DNA of 64,000 nucleotides from a virus: the IMG/VR virus record IMGVR_UViG_3300025897_002116, positions 1 through 64,000 of that record, one strand, 5' to 3'. The first letter of the stretch is position 1, and each line of letters starts with the position of its first letter. Both the position numbers and the translations under genes were made by a program. Below are positions 57,320 through 64,000 of the stretch, piece after piece. The notes beneath the pieces are model-generated. The model had not been told where the DNA came from. It saw only the letters and a program-made list of their open reading frames with translations, and did not search any database.

Positions 57320-59683
57320 TTAATGACCATCTCTCCAGTTATTAGATATCTCTGGTGGTGCCTTTAGTGTAACACCGGGTAATACGGTAGTGGTCTCCAT
57401 TATATGCTGGACTATAGGGGCAAACATTTCAGCATCATTCTCCGATACGTTTATTAAGAGCTGATCATGTACCTGTGCCTGGACTGTAGCATCTATGCCG
57501 AGCTCTCTTGCTTTACGATTAATCTTCACTGCAGCTCGATTTACTACCGCAGCGGCTAAAGATTGAAGTTGAAAGTTAAGACAGTTATTTAATCCATTTC
57601 TATAATCTCTATACGCTTGCATTACTTGCTCTTTACCGTATTTGATTTCTAACTCTTTTCTAAATCTCCAGTCCATTATACGGTCTTGAAACTTAATATA
57701 GGTCTTCTGTACTTTAGGTAAGTGCCTAACTCGGCCAACGTAGTTCTTTATAAAGCCATGAGCTTTCACTTGAAGTCTAGAGTTTTCTCTCCATTCTTTA
57801 AGTTGAGGGAAACCATTTAAATACCCTTGAACTAAACTTTCAGCAGTCTTTTGATCTACCCCTAAAGTCATTTTAAGAGCATAGGCCTCCATTCCGTATG
57901 CAATACCTAAAGAGTAAGCCTTTGCCTTATTACGTGCTGGTGCATCTAAGTTTTTAAGATAGTTGGTAGCCTTTTTATCAGGCGAGACTCCGTTAGGAAA
58001 TCTTTTTAGATCCTGGTCTAGCTTTTCAGTTTTAATAGCAACGGTAGAGTAGAAATCCCATCCTTTATTAAAGATTTCCTGTAATGCAGTATCACCGGTA
58101 ACTGAAGCAAAACAATGAGGTTCAAGAGATTCATAATCAGCATCTATTACTTTTCTACCTTCACCGGCTATCATAAAAGCTCTAACAATATTATTATACT
58201 TAACTATTATAGGAACATCTTCTCCTTCTTCTTTGGTTTTAGGTAACTGTTGAGCATCTGAACCATATCGACCGGAGACAGTACCGTTCTGCTTAAAGTA
58301 AAAATAATATTTACCATCTTCGGCTCTATCTAAGAATCTATCTACGTAGGTAGATTTAATTTTAAGTAGTTTATTATAGATTCGTAAATTCTCGGCCCAT
58401 TCATAGTCTTTTGCTAATTCTTCAATCATATCCATGTCGAATTGATCTCTTCCGGATTTAGTATTACCGCCGGACTTAAGGGGAGTAATACCCATATATT
58501 TAAATACGATTTCTCCTAGATGCTTTTTAGATTGAATATTAATAAGGTCGCCGTCATTAGTTTCCTTCCACATACTCATAGAAATTCTATACATTTCTAC
58601 TTCCTCTAAAAAAGATTCATCTCCAGTAAGTAGAAACTGCTTTACTTTTTCCTCTTTTTCATTAGTAGACTCTAGGTCTTGTATTACCTTTTGAGTTAAT
58701 GTATATTTACCGGTCTTTTCAGATTTAGGTAGAGATAGAGAATAACGTTTAGCAAGATTCTGAGCCCAATTACCTTTATTTGATACCGGGAACTTATCGT
58801 TAGCGGTCTTAATTACCCAGGTTTTAGCTTCTGATGTAGCCAGTAAGGATTTCATTACAACCTCTTTATTATGAGCCAAATCAGTAGTTATTTCATTAAG
58901 AGTATTCTTTATAAGGTCCATATTAAGTTCAACTCCATATGCTTCCATAGGAACAGTAACTTCCCTATATACAGGCATTACCTCTTCTTCAAAAAAGAAC
59001 TTCTCCAGGTTTTCTTGCTTAAGTTTAGCAAGGTAAAGATTACAGATACGGAGAGTAAGGTCAGTATCAGCCGAGGCATATTTAGATAAGATTTCAAGGT
59101 CTGCTTTATATATTTCATAACTTTCTTTAGTAACGGATCCTCCGTTATTTTTTATACTTTCTTTTAATTCAAGTTGTTCCTGATTAGCGGCTTCTTCAAC
59201 GTTTAACCCTAGAGCTTCTTGATTCATAATTGCAATGGACTTTAGTCCGAATGGATTACCAAATCCAAAGGCTCCTTCTTCATAAACTGTATGAACTAGT
59301 AGCCCAGTATCTACCCAAATATCTTGTAGTAGATCCACACCAAAATAATTCTTTATAAACTGAACATCAAAGGAGGCATTATGGAAAACTAACTTTTTAC
59401 CTTTAAGAAGTTTAAGTAGATTTATAGAGATCACCTCAGTAGAGGTACCTTCTATTTCCTGTAACACTAATTCTTCTCGATGGTAATCCCATACAAGGGT
59501 AGGTAAGTAGAATCCTATGCCTTCATCTCCGGATACTGACCATCCAATAATTTTATTCTTTCTAGGATTAAGTCCGGTAGTTTCTGTATCCACCGCAAGT
59601 ACGTCTGAGTTACTTATATGTTGGTGGAGTAGCTCAAGAGTAGTTTTATCTTGAACAGTATAGTACTTTTTTTCTAATTTCAT
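57320..59683 (-). CDS. polA: Family A DNA polymerase (3'-5' exonuclease plus polymerase, no 5'-3' exonuclease)
   Basis: VDTETTG, HNASFD, YASAD, GTVSGRY, DADYESLE, R.KAK...G..YG, QVHD. Confidence 0.95.
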   Translation of the reverse strand: MKLEKKYYTVQDKTTLELLHQHISNSDVLAVDTETTGLNPRKNKIIGWSVSGDEGIGFYLPTLVWDYHREELVLQEIEGTSTEVISINLLKLLKGKKLVFHNASFDVQFIKNYFGVDLLQDIWVDTGLLVHTVYEEGAFGFGNPFGLKSIAIMNQEALGLNVEEAANQEQLELKESIKNNGGSVTKESYEIYKADLEILSKYASADTDLTLRICNLYLAKLKQENLEKFFFEEEVMPVYREVTVPMEAYGVELNMDLIKNTLNEITTDLAHNKEVVMKSLLATSEAKTWVIKTANDKFPVSNKGNWAQNLAKRYSLSLPKSEKTGKYTLTQKVIQDLESTNEKEEKVKQFLLTGDESFLEEVEMYRISMSMWKETNDGDLINIQSKKHLGEIVFKYMGITPLKSGGNTKSGRDQFDMDMIEELAKDYEWAENLRIYNKLLKIKSTYVDRFLDRAEDGKYYFYFKQNGTVSGRYGSDAQQLPKTKEEGEDVPIIVKYNNIVRAFMIAGEGRKVIDADYESLEPHCFASVTGDTALQEIFNKGWDFYSTVAIKTEKLDQDLKRFPNGVSPDKKATNYLKNLDAPARNKAKAYSLGIAYGMEAYALKMTLGVDQKTAESLVQGYLNGFPQLKEWRENSRLQVKAHGFIKNYVGRVRHLPKVQKTYIKFQDRIMDWRFRKELEIKYGKEQVMQAYRDYRNGLNNCLNFQLQSLAAAVVNRAAVKINRKARELGIDATVQAQVHDQLLINVSENDAEMFAPIVQHIMETTTVLPGVTLKAPPEISNNWRDGH

Positions 59684-59738
59684 ATATAACCTTTTAATTA
59701 TAACTTAAATATAAGAACTTTTACTCAAATAAACAACT
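59684..59738 (-). promoter_or_regulatory. Class I promoter
   Basis: cttaaatataagaacttttactcaaataaacaact, nearly the same as 6899-6932. Confidence 0.75.
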
Positions 59739-59784
59739 ATGTACCTATTTTAATTTAGGTCTACAGTTTGAATGCATTATATTC

Positions 59785-60045
59785 TTACATTTCTCCGTAA
59801 AGATCAAACTTTTCGGGTTCGGGCTCTTCTATCAATATTTCATTTTCCTTTATAGCAAATAACTTACCATTTAAAGGCTCTAGTCTATAATGACCTTTGA
59901 ATTGTGTTTTTCGCATATAAGCAGTTAGTGTTGCTACAAGGCCTGTGATAACTGTTGCTTTGTCTATTGTTAACTCCCAGCTATCACCAGGAGGAACTCT
60001 TTTAGCTATAAGTTCATTTTGCTCTTCTATTATTTTCTCAGTCAT
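59785..60045 (-). CDS. Hypothetical protein
   Basis: 86-aa ORF (IAKRVPPGD.W). Confidence 0.65.
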   Translation of the reverse strand: MTEKIIEEQNELIAKRVPPGDSWELTIDKATVITGLVATLTAYMRKTQFKGHYRLEPLNGKLFAIKENEILIEEPEPEKFDLYGEM

Positions 60046-61604
60046 TATTTTCCTTTAATATAATCTAAAATTTCGTCTTGAATATCAGGTTCTATATAAT
60101 CTTGAGATCCTGGGTTAGAGTTTTGTGGGGATAGTACCCATCCTTCTTTTTTAGCTAGTTCTAAAACACCAGAAACTTCACTATTAGAATTAGCTGTATC
60201 ACCATTCATTGACCCCAAAAGCACAGGGGCTAATTTGGTTTCTGGAATAGAATCCCACCACTCTTTTAATGTAGGGAAGGCTTCAAGAAAGTTTTTATTT
60301 CTTCTTATATCGTATTGAGTATAGAAGGATTTCCAATCTCTTTCTCTACTTTCAAAAGAGGAAGTATGTTTATGTCCAGTCTTGATTTCTCTAATATAGG
60401 CAATAAGTCTTACTATACCATCTTTCTCCATCTCTAAGAGATACTGAGTATTCAATTCTAGCCATTTTTCGATGTGATCTGCACGTTCTTTTCTAATATA
60501 TTCCGGTAAGGTTACTATAGACTGGAAGCTTGGAAATCTTAAAATATTAAAAGAGCAGATTGGAAAATGATCTCCATATTTTTGTTTCAATTTTATTACT
60601 TCGTCCATAAATTCTGTTATAGAGAATAGGCACAAAGCATTAATTGTCATCATAACATTTAAAGATTTGATATTAGCTTCATCACATACTCTGTACATAT
60701 TAGATAACCACTTATCCCAAATTAAATTATACCGTATATACTCAGACTGCAATCCTGTAGATTCATTAGATGTATAAAGATGAAATGATTTGATATTATG
60801 ACTTGCTTTAATTAACTCATCTAAGAGTCTATCTTTCTGCCCTAAATTAGAATTAACTGCAAACTCAACTTCACACTCTTTATGTGTTTCCCACCACTTC
60901 ATTAGTTTCCAAAAATCTGGGGACATGGTAGGTTCACCGCCTGTCACTCTTAATTCACGTAAACTAAATTGTAGCTCGGCTTCCCACCATTTATAAAAAG
61001 CTTCTACATAAGGATTATTTTCATTTTTCCTGCCGTATGGCATGGCATGACCACCATCGTGTTGGAATGCTACCGCACCATCGGATACCAGGTTTTGATA
61101 CGGGCCGAATTGTTTGATATCTTTTTGCCAAGTAGTTGAAAATGAAGCATTGCAGTAAGAACAAGCAAAATTACAATTAGGGTCAAATGCAATTTCTAAA
61201 GTCTTTAAGTCAACATCTTCTTGCCATCCAAATTTTGACTTAGCATCTTTAAGTTCCTCATCGGTATAAATTACAGATTTGTAAACTCTATCTGATATTT
61301 TATCTTCCCCTAGGTCTTCAATCTTCCAGCAATATTCACACTCTTTTGGTCTTTCTCCTTCGAGCATCTGCTTTCGGATAAGCTTCTTATAACTAGTGTT
61401 GTGTATTGCTTTATAACTTTGGGCTACTTCCTCTAAAGGTATCTTATGTGCGGGTGGGTGATGGCAGCTTGCAGTAGTACCATTTCCTAGCCATATAGTA
61501 GCGTTATACCATTTGGCTCCGCAGAAAGCAGGGGATACAGAGTTTATTGCTCTATCTCTGTATTTCTGGTAGCTTTCGTTTCCTTTTTTTGCGAATATTC
61601 CCAT
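60045..61604 (-). CDS. Radical SAM protein with N-terminal Cys-rich (twitch/SPASM-like) segment
   Basis: CNFACSYC and TGGEP; N-terminal FC..KW, SCHH, CEYCW. Confidence 0.88.
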   Translation of the reverse strand: MGIFAKKGNESYQKYRDRAINSVSPAFCGAKWYNATIWLGNGTTASCHHPPAHKIPLEEVAQSYKAIHNTSYKKLIRKQMLEGERPKECEYCWKIEDLGEDKISDRVYKSVIYTDEELKDAKSKFGWQEDVDLKTLEIAFDPNCNFACSYCNASFSTTWQKDIKQFGPYQNLVSDGAVAFQHDGGHAMPYGRKNENNPYVEAFYKWWEAELQFSLRELRVTGGEPTMSPDFWKLMKWWETHKECEVEFAVNSNLGQKDRLLDELIKASHNIKSFHLYTSNESTGLQSEYIRYNLIWDKWLSNMYRVCDEANIKSLNVMMTINALCLFSITEFMDEVIKLKQKYGDHFPICSFNILRFPSFQSIVTLPEYIRKERADHIEKWLELNTQYLLEMEKDGIVRLIAYIREIKTGHKHTSSFESRERDWKSFYTQYDIRRNKNFLEAFPTLKEWWDSIPETKLAPVLLGSMNGDTANSNSEVSGVLELAKKEGWVLSPQNSNPGSQDYIEPDIQDEILDYIKGK

Positions 61605-61634
61605 ATTATGTTACTATCCCCCTCATGTAAATTT

Positions 61635-62543
61635 TTACTGTCTTAAAGTTTTGGCAATTCTGAACTCTGGTGAAGTAAAGAATTCTGGTATCAGCATTGA
61701 ATGCGTTGCTCTAATTGGATTAATATCAATTCCTCCTCTACGGGTGTATAAACAAGATACCATTAACTGCTCAGGTTGAAAAGCATCATATAGGTGTCTA
61801 AATATCATTTCACATATTTCTTCATGAAAATGTGATACAGTTCTATGAGAAACTATATATTTAGCGATTGATCCGGATGATGGTATTTTCTTTCCTATAA
61901 TTTTTATGTAAACATCTCCCCAATCCGGTTGATTTGTAACTCTACAGTTTGATCGAAGTAAATTTGAGGATAATTTTATTTCACTTGATTCTTCAGCAAC
62001 TTCTTCTACTGTTAGTTGAGAAGCATCGGATTGAAAAGCGGTAAAGTCTATTTGATCTAAATCTGTTGCATCTTTTAAATCTACGTACCCTTCAAAAGAA
62101 AGCGGGTGACCATCATCATTAGATGTATAAAAAGAAACAGTTGTATCAGTTTCTAATAATTCATCTAGATCCCTTTTGACTCTTGCTTCAATTCCAGAAA
62201 TACAATCTGATGCGGTCTTGCCGATTTTAGTCATATTAAGTGAATTCAAGTAAAGTTTAATTGACTTAGACTCTACGTGATTATATGAATCAGCAGGGCA
62301 AACTATTTTAAGCATTCCGGCTACGGGTTGACCTTTTTCGGTTATTGCTGAGACTTCATATGCATTCCAGGTATCTACCCCAACGAACTCTTCTCCGGTT
62401 AAGCTATATGCTTCTCGATTAAGGTATCGAGGAATTTTCACTAATAGGGATGCATCGTATTGATCTGAGTAACCATCACCGCCTACTTTACCTAAATGTC
62501 TGTTTGCTAGACTTACTACTTCTTCTTGATTCTTATCTGCCAT
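61635..62543 (-). CDS. queF: 7-cyano-7-deazaguanine reductase (bimodular type)
   Basis: DTWNAYEVS, VESKSIKLYLNS, LRSNCRVTNQPDWG, FHE, YTRRGGIDINP. Confidence 0.93.
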   Translation of the reverse strand: MADKNQEEVVSLANRHLGKVGGDGYSDQYDASLLVKIPRYLNREAYSLTGEEFVGVDTWNAYEVSAITEKGQPVAGMLKIVCPADSYNHVESKSIKLYLNSLNMTKIGKTASDCISGIEARVKRDLDELLETDTTVSFYTSNDDGHPLSFEGYVDLKDATDLDQIDFTAFQSDASQLTVEEVAEESSEIKLSSNLLRSNCRVTNQPDWGDVYIKIIGKKIPSSGSIAKYIVSHRTVSHFHEEICEMIFRHLYDAFQPEQLMVSCLYTRRGGIDINPIRATHSMLIPEFFTSPEFRIAKTLRQ

Positions 62544-62547
62544 AATT

Positions 62548-63093
62548 TTATTTAATAAATTCCAATATTTGCTCTACTCTTTGCATAGGAGAACCAGTAA
62601 CTTTTATCATATTACTGTTTATACTAGCTAATTGATTTCTAAATTCTTTATCTATATCTCTTCTCCACTCTTCATTAATACTCCTAACTCCATCATCAAC
62701 TGATTTGAACTCTATAGGAAAGTAAACATAATGTGAATATTCATTTTTAATTCTTGACCAAGTATCATCAACAAACGCTACGGTTGCAGCGCTTGCTTTA
62801 TTCATATACTTAGTATATACTACTAAATCCATATAACATCGATCTAACACACAGTTATACGGTTTAAGTAATGCTTCTAAATGAAAACTAGAGATTGCTA
62901 ATTGAGTTTCCGAAGTTCCTTGTTCATTAATAGGAAACCCAAACTCTTTGACCGTACGAGTAGATTCATTTATAAACTCGTATTTAGGTAATTTACTTTT
63001 CAGTAATTCATATACTGTAGTCTTACCGGTACTGCTTGCTCCTATTAATGCTATTTTCTTTACCATGTAACCTTTTTTAAAAACATAACCCAC
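62548..63093 (-). CDS. P-loop (d)NMP kinase-like protein
   Basis: IGASSTGKTT, E..R, DRC.MD, DDGVR. Confidence 0.8.
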   Translation of the reverse strand: MGYVFKKGYMVKKIALIGASSTGKTTVYELLKSKLPKYEFINESTRTVKEFGFPINEQGTSETQLAISSFHLEALLKPYNCVLDRCYMDLVVYTKYMNKASAATVAFVDDTWSRIKNEYSHYVYFPIEFKSVDDGVRSINEEWRRDIDKEFRNQLASINSNMIKVTGSPMQRVEQILEFIK

Positions 63094-63617
63094 ATACTTA
63101 AACTCGTATCTCTAAATTTAAGGAATAATTCTTCAATTTCCAACTCTTCAGCATTAAATTTTCCAGTTGCTATAACTCCTCCTTCGTCTACTCCTTTAGT
63201 TACCCTATGTAGTACACAACCTGCTTGTTTGTAATTACCTCGGTAAGCTCTTATTTGAGGATCTTTACCTTTAAGTTCTGGATACTCGGTTATAAGTCCT
63301 GGATGACCATTAATTATCTTGTATTTTTCACAGAGCTCAGGAGGAATCACTCTTAACCAACCATGTAGAGTTATAATTGGATTATCAAACTTACTTAAAA
63401 ATCTTTCATAATCCTCAACAGTAGGTTTATTAGGGGTATAGCGTACAATACCTTTATTATTAGCCCAGGAAAGTATCTGCTTATTTATTTTCCTCAAATT
63501 TTCAGGTCTCTCATTAGTAATTATTCTATCAGGCAGTCTTCCTAATTTTTCTACTAAATCTACTATTTCGGTACCTGTTTGACTAAAAAATACAATCCAG
63601 GGTTTATTCTTATTCAT
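63060..63617 (-). CDS. PurN-like formyltransferase (candidate preQ1 formyltransferase, DpdN-like)
   Basis: FFSQTG, LHGWLRVI, INGHPGL, GCVLH.V..GVDEG. Confidence 0.8.
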   Translation of the reverse strand: MNKNKPWIVFFSQTGTEIVDLVEKLGRLPDRIITNERPENLRKINKQILSWANNKGIVRYTPNKPTVEDYERFLSKFDNPIITLHGWLRVIPPELCEKYKIINGHPGLITEYPELKGKDPQIRAYRGNYKQAGCVLHRVTKGVDEGGVIATGKFNAEELEIEELFLKFRDTSLSMWVMFLKKVTW

Positions 63618-64000
63618 TCCAAAACTTTCTAAACTTTTTTATATTTACTTTTATTAACTCATTACTTATCTCCGCTAAAGGAGTATTGATTAATGTGAAT
63701 AGCTTTTGAGATTCCTTACTCCATAATCCCGTTTCTCCGTACTTAATATTCTTAATAGCATGTACTACAGGGTTAGATGTATCCATTGAATAGATCCATG
63801 GATAGTTTCTATAGTACATTCCTTCTTGGGGTAATGAACATCCTAATAGGTGATGAGGTTTATTCTCGTTCAATATCCCATCTTTTAATAAGTCCCCTAA
63901 TAGTTTTACTCTGCCGAGCATCCAACTAACATACTTATTTGGATGAGGAACAGACTTACTATAGTAGGAATAATCGAAAGAGATTGCAATCATATCTACG
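63610..64000 (-). CDS. TGT/DpdA-like protein, C-terminal part (start lies beyond the window)
   Basis: KPHHLLGC and IYSMDTSNP resemble TGT-fold HLLG and DS motifs; next to queF and the formyltransferase; frame open to the edge. Confidence 0.6.
   Translation of the reverse strand, partial: VDMIAISFDYSYYSKSVPHPNKYVSWMLGRVKLLGDLLKDGILNENKPHHLLGCSLPQEGMYYRNYPWIYSMDTSNPVVHAIKNIKYGETGLWSKESQKLFTLINTPLAEISNELIKVNIKKFRKFWNE

Noticed and set aside
1707-59089. Plus-strand ORF-track calls (e.g. 1707, 2297, 6290, 9095, 25483, 43756, 54895, 56095, 58871)
   Set aside because: Antisense shadows of well-supported minus-strand genes or low-complexity sequence; only 14692-15075 looks real.
63060-63617. purN as a purine-synthesis auxiliary gene
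   Set aside because: Its position between a TGT-like gene and kinase-queF fits base formylation better, though this remains an inference.
1-64000. tRNA or rRNA genes
   Set aside because: No T-arm (GTTCGAATC-like) cloverleaf or rRNA-like sequence found by eye; a tRNAscan run could still find a divergent one.
1-64000. Alternative genetic code (stop-codon reassignment)
   Set aside because: Long conserved genes (polA, groEL, thyA) are intact in the standard code, and TAA, TAG and TGA all act as stops.

Overview
An AT-rich segment of a large lytic tailed phage (myovirus-like), not a bacterial chromosome. Genes are densely packed and almost all on the minus strand. They include baseplate genes (gp6-, gp25- and gp5-like), a gp55-like sigma factor, ThyA, a family A DNA polymerase, GroEL/GroES/Hsp20, and a holin-endolysin-spanin cassette. 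Repeated promoters resembling the Bacteroidota -33/-7 consensus, SD-less A-rich leaders, an Hc1-like protein and SufT point to a Flavobacteriia/Bacteroidota host. Accessory content is (i) a promoter-cassette array of small early genes at 7.9-14.4 kb; (ii) a glycan/nonulosonic-acid cluster at 31-42 kb; (iii) a 7-deazaguanine DNA-modification module at the right edge (QueF, formyltransferase, kinase, TGT/DpdA-like); and (iv) two tailoring-enzyme operons at 15.5-19.6 kb and 49-54 kb. The best candidate novel system is the second operon. It encodes a circularly permuted ATP-grasp-like domain fused to three tandem Hint domains separated only by dipeptides (AP, RY), plus a free Hint paralogue. All nine tailoring enzymes of the two operons end in a shared di-aliphatic C-terminal motif (SLI/NLI/SII/PLL/VLL/YML). 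Also notable are covarying GAA-triloop hairpin elements converging on an ORF-poor region with an antisense promoter (candidate origin/ncRNA), and an 11-bp inverted repeat bracketing hsp20. All functional calls come from motif recognition by eye, not database searches.
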